A DNA stretch of 64,000 bases from an uncultured Clostridia bacterium (GCA_944383245.1 CALWOU010000002.1:70417-134416), one strand, 5' to 3'; counted from the stretch's first letter, positions 1-10,065 are shown. Numbers and translations: made by a program. The notes: a model not told the origin generated them from the sequence alone.

Positions 1-383
1 CAGCGGCTGCGATAGGAACACTTTTAAACATTAAACCTATCCTTCAAATTCATGGCGGAAAGTTGGATGCTTATGCAAAAGTTATGTCTATGAAACAAGC
101 GCGCGCTAAAATGATTGCAGCCACCAAAAAAGAAATTGAAGAACGTTTTCCACAAGAGGCAAAAGAAGGTAAGGTGCATATTGGAATGGCGCACTCTAAT
201 GCCGACTTAAACGCAAAAGAAGTTCAGGATTTTATTCAAGATGTTAAAGAAGCATTTTCAGATTTACCATTCTTCACTTGTGACCCATTGCCATTATTTA
301 TAGTTTGCCACACAGGTCCTGGTGCGCTTGCTGTCGGTTATTGCGTGGACAGAATGGGCGCAATTAAAGATATGTTTAAATAA
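1..383 (+). CDS. DegV family fatty-acid-binding protein, C-terminal part (gene starts upstream of window)
   Basis: Frame 3 is open from the window edge (AAAIGTLLNIKPILQIHGGKLDAYAKV...) and continuous with ORF 63-383. IGTLLxIKPIL and the C-terminal HTGPGALAVG are DegV-like. Confidence 0.8.
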   Translation, partial: AAAIGTLLNIKPILQIHGGKLDAYAKVMSMKQARAKMIAATKKEIEERFPQEAKEGKVHIGMAHSNADLNAKEVQDFIQDVKEAFSDLPFFTCDPLPLFIVCHTGPGALAVGYCVDRMGAIKDMFK

Positions 384-440
384 TTTAATAAAATTGTACA
401 CTTAGTCACTGCATTTTGAAACTAGTGTAATAATTAAGAG

Positions 441-470
441 TTGAGATAGCAATATCTCAATTCTTTTTTT
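441..470 (+). terminator. Rho-independent terminator after degV-like gene
   Basis: Stem TTGAGATA (441-448) / TATCTCAA (453-460) followed by a T-run at 461-470. Confidence 0.7.
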
Positions 471-492
471 AAAGGCTTTTATGCCGTGAAAG

Positions 493-629
493 GTACTTGA
501 CAAGAGAAGAAATGAAAACACAATACAAAAAGGCAGAGAAACGAACAAACAAAGTGTGTAAGCACAAAAATCGTTTCTCTGTCTTAACCAGCAAAAGAAA
601 AACTCATTTCAGAGACTCTTGTCAAGTAC
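493..629. repeat. Long imperfect hairpin (nested inverted repeats)
   Basis: Outer arms GTACTTGACAAGAG (493-506) / CTCTTGTCAAGTAC (616-629). Inner arms CAGAGAAACGA (534-544) / TCGTTTCTCTG (571-581). Confidence 0.6.
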
Positions 630-661
630 ACCATGGAATAAATTAGCCATTATATATACAG

Positions 662-706
662 CAAAAAGCGAAAGTGTGTTTCGTTCACCAACGCTTTCGC
701 TTTTTG
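662..706. repeat. 13-bp perfect-stem hairpin
   Basis: CAAAAAGCGAAAG (662-674) / CTTTCGCTTTTTG (694-706) with a 19-nt loop. A weak T-rich tail follows. Confidence 0.6.
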
Positions 707-728
707 TCTGTTTTATTTAGTTTATAGG

Positions 729-783
729 CGTGTGCTTGTCTGTCGGAGCGAAGCGACGACACTTGTATCAAGACAAGCACACG
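729..783. repeat. 13-bp perfect-stem hairpin
   Basis: CGTGTGCTTGTCT (729-741) / AGACAAGCACACG (771-783) with a G+C-rich 29-nt loop. Confidence 0.6.
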
Positions 784-869
784 TTTAACTGCCAAATTTT
801 TAATAAATTAAAAAAAGTGATACGTTTTTCATTTATATATGTTATAATAAAAGCATCATTGGAGGTGTT

Positions 870-1370
870 ATGTCAAAAAAAATAGAATCTGAAGACTTGA
901 AACTTCTTAAATCTTTAACTGATGAGCAAAAAAACAAATATTATAAAAAATCAATAATGTATTTTATTTTATTGCATTTATTTCTAATTCCCATTGGTGT
1001 CTATATCTCTGTATTAGATATTTATCACATTTTTGTAGAATTTTCATATTCATTTAATAGGGGTTGGGGAATTCTTCTCATTCCTTTATGTCTTTATTCA
1101 TTAATTGATTATTTACGATTATCTCGTGATGGAAAAATATTAAGAATTTACAAATTGATTAATAATCGACATGTTATTAAAGATAACAAAACAAGATTTT
1201 TAATTTGGTTGGCTGTAATATTAATTTTAGTAGCTACAATCTGCCCATTTTTCTTTATTTTGATTGCAAATAAATATTTCAACCCATGGCTTTTATTACT
1301 TCTTGTAAGTGGTATATTTGTATCTTCTCTAATATGGTATTGTGCTTTAAGTAAAAAAGAAGATAAATAG
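870..1370 (+). CDS. Hypothetical integral membrane protein (about 4 TM)
   Basis: 166-aa ORF with RBS GGAGG 7 nt upstream of the ATG. Several hydrophobic segments. No recognisable family. Confidence 0.5.
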   Translation: MSKKIESEDLKLLKSLTDEQKNKYYKKSIMYFILLHLFLIPIGVYISVLDIYHIFVEFSYSFNRGWGILLIPLCLYSLIDYLRLSRDGKILRIYKLINNRHVIKDNKTRFLIWLAVILILVATICPFFFILIANKYFNPWLLLLLVSGIFVSSLIWYCALSKKEDK

Positions 1371-1377
1371 ACATGTA

Positions 1378-1405
1378 AAAAACTCCTAATTGAAGGAGTT
1401 TTTTC
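1378..1405 (+). terminator. Rho-independent terminator
   Basis: AACTCCT (1381-1387) / AGGAGTT (1394-1400) followed by a T-run. Confidence 0.65.
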
Positions 1406-1563
1406 ACTAGTTTCAAAAGGGACAACCCTTAGGTGTACTTTTTTTTATAACTCGAAAATCAACGGTTTATTAATTAAGTAAAATAATAATTTATTAAGAT
1501 TACCATAAATAAAAAATTAAAAATAGATTATTGTTTTAAGTTAAAATTCTTATTAAATATTAT

Positions 1564-1591
1564 TGACATTTTTTTTAATTTATTGTATTAT
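1564..1591 (+). promoter_or_regulatory. Sigma-A type promoter of the aspS T-box leader
   Basis: TTGACA (1564-1569), 16-nt spacer, TG-extended TATTAT (1586-1591). Confidence 0.6.
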
Positions 1592-1597
1592 CAAGTC

Positions 1598-1870
1598 AAG
1601 GCAATGAAAAAGAGAGTAACCGTGGATAAGGCTTTATAGTGAGGCGGTGATAGTGAAAAACCCTAAGACCTCCACCGGTGAAGGACACTTTGGAGTCTTA
1701 TGTGTTGGCGCGAGCAATATCGCGATTAAAGAGTGGCAACGTCAATTTCAATTTGCGTTTTCAAATGTTTTTGAAAATTAGCAATTATTGTGTGATGCGA
1801 CGTAGCAAATTAGGTGGCACCGCGGAAAAGTTTTTCGTCCTAATGAAATTTGTTTCATTAGGTTTTTTTA
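1598..1870 (+). promoter_or_regulatory. T-box leader (Asp specifier) with terminator/antiterminator
   Basis: AGAGAG stem-I motif. GUGAA-G-GAC-A specifier context, with GAC at 1684-1686. T-box sequence AAATTAGGTGGCACCGCG (1806-1825). Terminator CCTAATGAAA/TTTCATTAGG (1839-1862) followed by a T-run. Confidence 0.85.
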
Positions 1871-2039
1871 TTTTTTAAAATAATTACTACGGACAACAAA
1901 AAACACATAAAAAATAAAAATTAAAAAATCCTAAAAAATCAATAATTTAAAAAAAGTAAAAAAAATTTAAAAAAAATTATAAAAAAATACTATAAAATAG
2001 CAAAAATTTTATAAGTAAATAAAAAAATTGAGGTGAAAT

Positions 2040-3776
2040 ATGGTTAAGAAAAATATTTATAGGTCAACCGATTGTGGTAGTTTAAGGCTAAAAGACGCAG
2101 GAAAGACGGAAACCCTTTCTGGATTTGTGGACACTATTAGAAAATTAGGCGGATTAAATTTTGTGGTTCTTCGCGACTTTTATGGAAAAACTCAAATTGT
2201 TATGAATGATGAGGACTGTAATAAACTAAATAAAGAAGACGTAATTATGGTGAGCGGTGTGGTTCGTGAGCGAAGCAGTAAAAATCCAGATATGCCAACC
2301 GGAGATATTGAACTTGTGGCAGATAAAATGACAATCTTAGGAAAATGCGAAAATGTTTTGCCATTTGAAATAAAGTCAAGTAGAGAAGTCAACGAAGATT
2401 TGAGATTAAAATATAGGTATTTGGATTTGCGTGCCGACTATAACAAAAATATGCTAAAATTAAGAAGTGATTTGATGTTGTTCGTGCGCGAATTTATGAA
2501 TAAGGACGGATTTTTAGAGGTTCAAACTCCAATTTTAACCGCCTCAAGCCCAGAAGGTGCGCGCGATTTCTTAGTCCCTAGTAGATTAAATCCAGGTAAA
2601 TTTTATGCTCTTCCTCAAGCACCTCAACAATTCAAGCAGTTGTTGATGACAAGCGGTGTGGATAAATACTTCCAAATCGCACCTTGTTTTAGAGATGAGG
2701 ACGCGAGGGCAGACCGCTCTCCAACCGAGTTTTATCAAATAGACCTTGAAATGGCTTTCGCAACACAAGAAGATGTGTTTGATGTGGTTGAGAGATTATA
2801 TAAAGGAATTTTTGAAAAGTTTGCAAATTTTTTTGTTTCAACTCCGTTTAAACGTTTAACCTACGAAGAGGCAATGCGCGACTATTGTTCGGACAAGCCT
2901 GATCTTAGAAATCCGCTAATCACTTATGACGTGACCGAAATTTTTAAAGATACCGAGTTTAACGCGTTTAAAGGAAATGTTATTAAAGCAATAAAAGTTA
3001 ATTGTGGCGGACTTGGTAGAAAATTCTATGATAGCCTAACCGAATTTTTGCGTTCACGTGAAGCAAAGGGGCTTGCTTATGTGCACGTAAATGATAATCT
3101 TGAATTTGAAACGGGTATAACAAAGTTTATAACACCTAATAATTATAATGATTTAAAAACTTTACTAAATTTCAGCGCGGAGGATACAATTTTCTTCGTT
3201 GCAGATGAGAAATCTAAAGCAATCAAATTCACAGATATGTTGAGGCAAGAGTTAGGTAAAAGGCTAAATTTAATCGACGAAAACGACTATAAATTTGTTT
3301 GGATTGTGGACTTCCCGTTCTACGAATTGGACGATGAGGGAAAAATTGCATTTTCGCATAATCCGTTCAGCCTTCCTCAAGCAGATATTGAAGAGGTTAA
3401 GCGCGACCCATTGCACGCAAAAGCATATCAGTACGATTTGGTTATTAATGGTTATGAGTGTATGTCTGGCGCAGTTCGAAATCATAGGCGCGACCTTATG
3501 GTAGAATTATTTAGCCTAGCAGGTTACGACGAGCAAGTAATCTTAAATAAATTCCCAGCACTATATAACGCATTTAGTTATGGCGCACCTCCACACTGCG
3601 GGGCAGGTATTGGTTTTGATAGGTTAATGATGTTACTTACTCATAACGATTTCATTCGAGATGTTATTGCATTCCCTATGAATAAAAATGGTTGCGACCC
3701 ACTAACCAACGCACCAAACACAGTGGATGAAAAACTCCTCCGCGACGTGCACATCAAACTGCTCACGCAGGAATAA
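2040..3776 (+). CDS. aspS: Aspartate--tRNA ligase
   Basis: 578 aa. Class II motifs (FRDEDARADRSPTEFYQIDLEMAF; GAGIGFDRLMM) and bacterial-type length. RBS GAGGTG upstream. Confidence 0.95.
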   Translation: MVKKNIYRSTDCGSLRLKDAGKTETLSGFVDTIRKLGGLNFVVLRDFYGKTQIVMNDEDCNKLNKEDVIMVSGVVRERSSKNPDMPTGDIELVADKMTILGKCENVLPFEIKSSREVNEDLRLKYRYLDLRADYNKNMLKLRSDLMLFVREFMNKDGFLEVQTPILTASSPEGARDFLVPSRLNPGKFYALPQAPQQFKQLLMTSGVDKYFQIAPCFRDEDARADRSPTEFYQIDLEMAFATQEDVFDVVERLYKGIFEKFANFFVSTPFKRLTYEEAMRDYCSDKPDLRNPLITYDVTEIFKDTEFNAFKGNVIKAIKVNCGGLGRKFYDSLTEFLRSREAKGLAYVHVNDNLEFETGITKFITPNNYNDLKTLLNFSAEDTIFFVADEKSKAIKFTDMLRQELGKRLNLIDENDYKFVWIVDFPFYELDDEGKIAFSHNPFSLPQADIEEVKRDPLHAKAYQYDLVINGYECMSGAVRNHRRDLMVELFSLAGYDEQVILNKFPALYNAFSYGAPPHCGAGIGFDRLMMLLTHNDFIRDVIAFPMNKNGCDPLTNAPNTVDEKLLRDVHIKLLTQE

Positions 3777-3951
3777 GAAATAAAAAAGAAGAAATAAAAG
3801 TATAGGAAAAATTTAAAAAACAAAATTATAAAAATTAAAGAATTTAAAAAAATATAAAAAAATTAATTAAAAATATTAAAAATTATGCAAAAATACTATA
3901 AAATAGGTAAAAATTATTAAAAAATAAAGAATTTTTAAAAAAAATTAAATT

Positions 3952-4047
3952 TTTCCACAATAGGTAATAAAAAATGTGGAAATAAAAAATAAAGTTAAAA
4001 ATAGAAATTAAAAAATTTTCCACATAATTGTTAAATATTTGTGGAAA
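3952..4047. promoter_or_regulatory. Two copies of TTTCCACA-N15-TGTGGAAA upstream of asnS (operator or RNA hairpins)
   Basis: Copy 1: 3952-3959 / 3975-3982. Copy 2: 4017-4024 / 4040-4047. Identical 8-bp arms, both with 15-nt spacers, centres 65 bp apart. Copy 2 abuts the asnS RBS. Confidence 0.4.
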
Positions 4048-4061
4048 TAAAAGGAGAAAAT

Positions 4062-5447
4062 ATGCAAAGGATTGAGATAAGAGATTTATATAAAACATAT
4101 GAAAAATATAGCGACAAATCTATCACTGTTTGTGGTTGGGCTAGAACGGTGAGAGATAGCAAAAACATTGCATTTATTGAATTAAACGACGGAGCATTTA
4201 AATCAGTGCAAGTTGTTGTGGAGCGAGAAAAAAATAAAAATTATGATGAAATTGTAAAGTGCAATGTTGGTTCGTCATTTAAAGTGGTTGGAAAGTTGAT
4301 TGTAACTCCTAACGCGCAACAGCCGTTTGAAATCAACGCAAATTCGGTTGAAATTTTAGGTGTGAGTGAAACTGATTATCCGCTTCAAAAAAAGCGCCAC
4401 ACAATTGAATTTTTGCGCACAATTCCTTCCATTCGTCCGCGCGGAAATTTGTTTAATGCGGTGTTTAGAATTCGTTCAGTGGCAGCATTCGCAATTCATA
4501 AATTTTTCAACGAGCGAAACTTTGTGTATTTAAACACTCCAATTATAACAGGGTCTGACTGCGAGGGTGCGGGCGAAATGTTTCAAGTAACCACACTTGA
4601 CCTTGATAAAGTTGCAAGCAGTGGAAAAGTGGATTATTCAAAAGATTTCTTTAATAAGAAAGTGTCGCTAACCGTGTCAGGGCAGTTGCAAGAGGAGTGT
4701 TTCACGCACGCGTTTGGCAAAACTTACACTTTTGGTCCAACATTTAGAGCAGAAAATTCAAACACAACTCGCCACGCAGCAGAGTTTTGGATGATGGAAC
4801 CTGAAATGTGCTTTTGCGATATTAACGAACTTATGGATAACGAAGAAGAGATGATAAAATACGTCATCAAATATGTTATGAGTGAGTGCCCTGATGAAAT
4901 GGCATTCTTGAATAAGTTTGTGGACACAGGCCTAATTGAAAGACTTAAAAACGTGGTGGAAAATGATTTTGTTCGCTTAGATTACACAGATGCAATTAAA
5001 ATTTTAGAAAAGGTAAAGGACCGCTTTACATTTAAAGTTGAGTGGGGTGTTGATTTACAAAGCGAACACGAAAGATATTTAACTGAAGAAGTTTATAAAA
5101 AACCGGTATTCTTAATGAACTATCCAAAAGATATAAAAGCATTCTATATGCGTCAAAACGACGATGGTAAAACTGTTGCCGCAGTGGATATGTTAGTGCC
5201 AGGAATTGGCGAACTTTGTGGCGGAAGTCAAAGAGAAGAGCGCCTTGATAAACTAACAGAGAGGATGAAAGAACTCGGCTTAAATGAAGAGGATTACACT
5301 TTCTATCTTGAAACTAGAAAGTATGGCACAAACATTCATTCAGGTTATGGTCTTGGCTTTGAAAGACTCATTATGTATCTAACAGGAATGTCAAACATCC
5401 GCGACGTTGAACTTTTCCCTCGCACAGTCGGCTCAATAATAGGTTAA
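4062..5447 (+). CDS. asnS: Asparagine--tRNA ligase
   Basis: Start moved to ATG 4062, with RBS AAGGAG at 4051-4056. [21 protein letters not shown]-terminus and class IIb motifs ([21 protein letters not shown]; GYGLGFERL). Confidence 0.95.
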   Translation: MQRIEIRDLYKTYEKYSDKSITVCGWARTVRDSKNIAFIELNDGAFKSVQVVVEREKNKNYDEIVKCNVGSSFKVVGKLIVTPNAQQPFEINANSVEILGVSETDYPLQKKRHTIEFLRTIPSIRPRGNLFNAVFRIRSVAAFAIHKFFNERNFVYLNTPIITGSDCEGAGEMFQVTTLDLDKVASSGKVDYSKDFFNKKVSLTVSGQLQEECFTHAFGKTYTFGPTFRAENSNTTRHAAEFWMMEPEMCFCDINELMDNEEEMIKYVIKYVMSECPDEMAFLNKFVDTGLIERLKNVVENDFVRLDYTDAIKILEKVKDRFTFKVEWGVDLQSEHERYLTEEVYKKPVFLMNYPKDIKAFYMRQNDDGKTVAAVDMLVPGIGELCGGSQREERLDKLTERMKELGLNEEDYTFYLETRKYGTNIHSGYGLGFERLIMYLTGMSNIRDVELFPRTVGSIIG

Positions 5448-5449
5448 GG

Positions 5450-5480
5450 AAAAAACTCTATGTACACCATAGAGTTTTTT
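5450..5480. terminator. Bidirectional terminator between convergent asnS and the glycosyltransferase gene
   Basis: ACTCTATG (5455-5462) / CATAGAGT (5468-5475), flanked by an A-run and a T-run. Confidence 0.7.
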
Positions 5481-5530
5481 ATATTTTAGATTTAATAATA
5501 TATATATTTTAAACGCATAAATTTTATAAT

Positions 5531-7060
5531 CTATGTTGTTAATAAATTAGTTTTTATAAATAATTGTACATTTTGATAAGTTTTAATTAATGTGTAATGT
5601 TCGTCAAAAAGTTCGGGTGATGTTTCATAACGACCATTTTCTGTTAAAACAAAATCAGTGTGCGCTTCTCTTACAGCAATTTCCATACTTTCATATAATT
5701 CAGGATAACTCTCACGTGAAAAGTTATTTCTTGCATAAAACTTTTCTGTTGGAACTATATTTGCAGCATTATAATAACCATAGTCTAACATTTCAAAGGT
5801 TAGTAGTGTTGGCGAACTTAAATTATAACTATGTATAGTTTGTGCTACAATAGATTGTGTAGTTGTGTTTTCATCTTTAATTGAAACATATGAATTTATG
5901 TTTGTTACACATAAAGCAAAACTAGACACTACTATCAATACAACAATTAAAGAAATATTGATAAATTTAAATAATTTGTTAGGCAATTTTAAAGGTTCAA
6001 AGTTAAACTTTTCTTTTATACAATTAAACAATTGTACAAAAGCAATTATTAACAAAGGAGTTAAAAAAGTTAAAGGCAAATAGTAATAATTTAATTTTCC
6101 AACTTTCGAAAGCACGGTTATGAACACATATAGCATACATAAATATAAAATGTTTTTATCCTTCACTGCAAAAAATGCTGTTAAAATAAATAAACACAAT
6201 ATTATAATATATTCTAAAGGTGCATAATCATAGGTAAAATATAATGTTGAATTAGATATTGAAATCTTATCATTATATCTAAATAGATTGTCATAAAAAT
6301 AACATTGGAATAAGTCATCAAGTGCTCCAAAACATAAGAAGAATATTAATATAAATAAGGTTAAAGCAAAGAATGAAATCATCATATAGCCAATTGAGGT
6401 AAAAGTTTCCTTATATTCTTTCTTAATCATTTTATATATGAACCACACAACAAACACTGCAATAATTGGTAAAAGTATTATGTATTTGCTCCAAAAAATC
6501 AAACCTAAGTATAAACCTATAAGTAGGGATTGCTTTTTAGATAATGCTTTTCCCTTAATATTTTCATAACCAATTAAAACAAACCACATTATCACGGGCG
6601 AAAAATATTCTTCAACAGCACCACCGCCACCACAAAGGTAAACTGAATTTGCAATAACTATCCCAGATATGATAGCAATTATTATGGATAGATATTTGTT
6701 TATAAATTTATTTAAAAATTTATATGCTAAATACATGTATACGGCTAAAATTATTATTTCCACAATAAATGCACCATAATATGCGTTTCTAGTATTTCCA
6801 GCTATTAGCACAACTATTGCATATAAAAAGTATACAATTGGTCCTTTTTGTTCATACATATCGCGGTATGGAATTTTGCCGTGAATAAATCCATTACCCA
6901 TTGTTATATACCAACTTTGGTCGCAACTAGTAAATTTTGCATACAAAAAAGAATTATTTGCACAAAATGTTAAGAACAAAAAAGCCACCATAAAAAATAA
7001 TATGTATATCAAAATTTTATGCAATAATTCTTTCTTTTTTTCACTTGTTTTTTCTAACAT
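5531..7060 (-). CDS. Polytopic membrane glycosyltransferase (GT39/GT83, ArnT/PMT-like)
   Basis: 509 aa with more than 10 hydrophobic segments. N-terminal loop IPYRDMYEQKGPIVYF resembles the Dx..KPPL loop of ArnT/PMT-type enzymes. Confidence 0.55.
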   Translation of the reverse strand: MLEKTSEKKKELLHKILIYILFFMVAFLFLTFCANNSFLYAKFTSCDQSWYITMGNGFIHGKIPYRDMYEQKGPIVYFLYAIVVLIAGNTRNAYYGAFIVEIIILAVYMYLAYKFLNKFINKYLSIIIAIISGIVIANSVYLCGGGGAVEEYFSPVIMWFVLIGYENIKGKALSKKQSLLIGLYLGLIFWSKYIILLPIIAVFVVWFIYKMIKKEYKETFTSIGYMMISFFALTLFILIFFLCFGALDDLFQCYFYDNLFRYNDKISISNSTLYFTYDYAPLEYIIILCLFILTAFFAVKDKNILYLCMLYVFITVLSKVGKLNYYYLPLTFLTPLLIIAFVQLFNCIKEKFNFEPLKLPNKLFKFINISLIVVLIVVSSFALCVTNINSYVSIKDENTTTQSIVAQTIHSYNLSSPTLLTFEMLDYGYYNAANIVPTEKFYARNNFSRESYPELYESMEIAVREAHTDFVLTENGRYETSPELFDEHYTLIKTYQNVQLFIKTNLLTT

Positions 7061-7310
7061 AATGTTTAAATTATAAAAAAAATTTTTTTGTTAGTCAAAT
7101 ATTTGTGTGAGTTTTAAAATTTTAACATTATTTTCTAAAAAACGTATAATTTTGTCATTTCAACATTTTTTTGCGAAATTTTGTCATTTATTTGTTAAAT
7201 TTTTTGTTTTTTATTATAATGAGATTATAAGATTAAGTTTTGCTTTATTGATTAATAAAGCAATTTATATATTCAACATTATTAAATGATATTATTTTTT
7301 AGGAGAACTT

Positions 7311-8489
7311 ATGAAAAAGAGAATTTTGCTAACCTATATGGAATCAGGAAATGGTCATATCACATCAATTAAATCGATAGCAGATGGATTAAGGCGCTTA
7401 AATTACCCCGATTTAGAATTGATTGAAAGTTATATAATGCAGGAAGGAAACAATCCAACTATGATAAAGTTTAACAACTTTATTATTAAGCAAACTAAAA
7501 ATACTAATAAAATAAAAGGTTTCGGTCCGTTTGTTTTTACGTTGTTGGAAGTTTTAGGTAAACAAAAATTTATGGTGGCGGTGCACCACACTCTTTTTAG
7601 AAAGGCTCTTAATGAAACCTTAAAAGCAATAGATAAATTTAAACCAGATGTGATTGTTTCCACGCATTATTTTATGACGCTTTGCGGTGTTGAATATAAA
7701 AAGAAATATAATAAAGATTGCATATTAGTCACATACAATCCAGATAATAATATACACGCTTGGTGGGACAATCGTGATGGTTTATTTATTGTTAACAACA
7801 AAGAAGCATATGACGAAGCAATAAACAGACGCCATTTCAATCCAGACGAAGTAAAACAAGTGTATTTTACAGCCCGCGATGAAATAGTGAATGCAAAAAT
7901 TGATAAAATGGGTTATAGAGAAAAGTATAATATTCCAAAAGATAAATTTTGCGTTATGCTAGCAGACGGCGCATATGCTAGTGCTAGGTCGGTTAGTGTT
8001 ACTAAAGAACTCTTAAAAACTGACAAACCACTAACAATTATACTACTTGCAGGAAAAAATGAAAAAGTTTACAAAAAATTTAAAGAATTGGAAACTAAAA
8101 CTAAACCTAATGTCACGTTGATGACTTTTGGTTTTATGTCTAACGTGCACGAATTGTATTGTGCAAGCGATTTGTTTATAACAAAAGCAGGGCCAAATGC
8201 AATTCTCGATAGTGTGTTTATGCAAACCCCTGTTTTAATTGATTATTACGCGCATCCAATTGAAAAGGCAAGCACAAAGCTGTTTGTGGATAAATTTAAG
8301 TGTGGTGTGGCAATATATAAACCAAAGAAAATTAGAAAGGCTGTTGAAACCTACATTGACAATCCGCATTTGTTGGATGAGTATGTAAAAAACTGCGCTA
8401 AATTTGACCGTTTCCAAAATGGAGCGGAAGATGTTGCAAAATATATTGTAGAAGAGTTAAAAAAGAGAAATTCAGATAAAAAAGATTAG
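7311..8489 (+). CDS. Diacylglycerol glycosyltransferase (MGDG synthase / UgtP-like, GT28)
   Basis: 392 aa. N-terminal ESGNGH motif plus a C-terminal GT-B region (ITKAGPNAI) typical of processive glycolipid synthases. Confidence 0.75.
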   Translation: MKKRILLTYMESGNGHITSIKSIADGLRRLNYPDLELIESYIMQEGNNPTMIKFNNFIIKQTKNTNKIKGFGPFVFTLLEVLGKQKFMVAVHHTLFRKALNETLKAIDKFKPDVIVSTHYFMTLCGVEYKKKYNKDCILVTYNPDNNIHAWWDNRDGLFIVNNKEAYDEAINRRHFNPDEVKQVYFTARDEIVNAKIDKMGYREKYNIPKDKFCVMLADGAYASARSVSVTKELLKTDKPLTIILLAGKNEKVYKKFKELETKTKPNVTLMTFGFMSNVHELYCASDLFITKAGPNAILDSVFMQTPVLIDYYAHPIEKASTKLFVDKFKCGVAIYKPKKIRKAVETYIDNPHLLDEYVKNCAKFDRFQNGAEDVAKYIVEELKKRNSDKKD

Positions 8490-8495
8490 CATTTT

Positions 8496-9371
8496 ATGAA
8501 AAAGAAAAAAGAGTTAGACACAACATATAAATACGACGCACACGCAATGGAATTAAATCCAAATTCTAAGGAGTATAAAGAAATATTATCAGACCTTGCT
8601 AAATCTAAAGAATATGATGTTCACACAACTAAATTTTCAACTTATAACAAAAAGAAAATTGATGGCAAATATGTTTATGTTCCTAGAAATATATTCTTTA
8701 AAGCAACTAGGTCAATCGTTAAAATGTTATTAAAATTGCTTGCTCCTGTGGTAAATGGAATTGCATTCAATTTAAAAATTAAGGGAAGAAAAAATCTTCG
8801 CGGAATTAAGAGTGCCATAACAATTTCAAATCATGTGCATTTTTTGGACGCGTTAATGAATATGCAGGCGGTTAAACGTAAGGATTTTTATATCGTTGCT
8901 GCCGACCATAATATGAAAAAGGGTGTGGTTGGTTATATATTTAAAACTGCTGGTGTGTTGCCTCTTTCTAATTCGTTAGACGCGTCTATAAATCTCAACA
9001 AAACTATTAGTAATATCTTAAAAAATGGCGGACTTATTCATATGTATGCCGAATCGGCATTATGGTTTAGATATGAGCAGAGTAGGCCTCTTAAAATAGG
9101 TGCGTTTAAAATGGCAGTCAACAATAACGTGCCTGTTATCCCGATGATTATTTTGTTTAGAAATAAAAGTAAATTTGAATTTTATAGGCGAAAAAAGACG
9201 GTTACTATTCAAATTTTAAAACCTATTTATCCAGATATGTCACTAAACAAAACAGAACGCGCAAAAAAAATGATGACAGACACTCAAACTGCCTACGATG
9301 AAACTGTGAACAAATTTTATGGTTATCTTCCAACACGTGAAACAAATATTGAAGAAAATTCAGAAATATAA
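8496..9371 (+). CDS. Lysophospholipid (PlsC-type) acyltransferase
   Basis: HX4D motif NHVHFLD and downstream YAESALW/EG-like block. About 70-aa N-terminal extension. Only 6 nt after the upstream gene. Confidence 0.75.
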   Translation: MKKKKELDTTYKYDAHAMELNPNSKEYKEILSDLAKSKEYDVHTTKFSTYNKKKIDGKYVYVPRNIFFKATRSIVKMLLKLLAPVVNGIAFNLKIKGRKNLRGIKSAITISNHVHFLDALMNMQAVKRKDFYIVAADHNMKKGVVGYIFKTAGVLPLSNSLDASINLNKTISNILKNGGLIHMYAESALWFRYEQSRPLKIGAFKMAVNNNVPVIPMIILFRNKSKFEFYRRKKTVTIQILKPIYPDMSLNKTERAKKMMTDTQTAYDETVNKFYGYLPTRETNIEENSEI

Positions 9372-9516
9372 TGCGTTTAACTAGCATAGGTATAGATAGT
9401 AAGGTAAAATTTTTGTTTGTTATAAAGTTTATAAATTAAATTCATTTGAAAATAAAAAAAGACCTTTTTATTGCAGTAACATTGTAGAAGTCAGTGCAAA
9501 GTAGGTCTTATTTTTG

Positions 9517-9750
9517 TTAAGCCAACACTTTTGGTTCGCGCCATATGCAAATGCAGATAAGGTCAATAATCCATAGTATTACCAAGCCAAGAAGTATCCA
9601 TAGAATACCTGCAATAATTCTAGACACTTTTTTGTAAGCAACACCTTTAACAATGCGGTAGATTGCCCAAACAATGTCCAAAACAGGTAAAGCGAAAACT
9701 ATTTTTAGCCAAAGTGGAGCATCGTCCATCCATTTAACAAAATTTTTCAT
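9517..9750 (-). CDS. Small 2-TM membrane protein, unknown function
   Basis: 77-aa ORF with RBS GGAG upstream and two hydrophobic helices. Confidence 0.4.
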   Translation of the reverse strand: MKNFVKWMDDAPLWLKIVFALPVLDIVWAIYRIVKGVAYKKVSRIIAGILWILLGLVILWIIDLICICIWREPKVLA

Positions 9751-10065
9751 ATTATCTCCTTTTAAATATTATTCTTATTATAAGTCAAATATTCTAAATA
9801 AGCAAATAATTTAAAAAATTTTATTTAAAATATTTATAGAAAAAGAAAATAGAATATTATATTGACTTTAACTTGCCTATATGGTAAAATATTTGCATAA
9901 AGTAAAGATTGCGAAAATGAAGTTTATCAATATAATCAAACGATAAAGTGACAAACTAAATTGATAATAAATCTCAATTTTTAAATATTTAAAAAGAATA
10001 TTTAAAAGAAATGAATATATTAAACAAAACTGATTGTTAGTTAAAATAAAAGTGAGAAATTAATT

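Noticed and set aside
414-1418. 14-bp inverted repeat TTTTGAAACTAGTG (414-427) / CACTAGTTTCAAAA (1405-1418) flanking the hairpin cluster and the 166-aa membrane gene (MITE/IS-like ends?)
   Set aside because: A single A/T-rich 14-mer match at about 1 kb distance is not far from chance expectation in this composition. There are no target-site duplication, no transposase and no further extension of the arms. It is worth only a BLAST check.
1678-1878. 66-aa ORF 1678-1878 (+)
   Set aside because: It lies entirely within the aspS T-box leader (specifier, T-box sequence and terminator), has no RBS, and is an artefact of the G+C-richer riboswitch.
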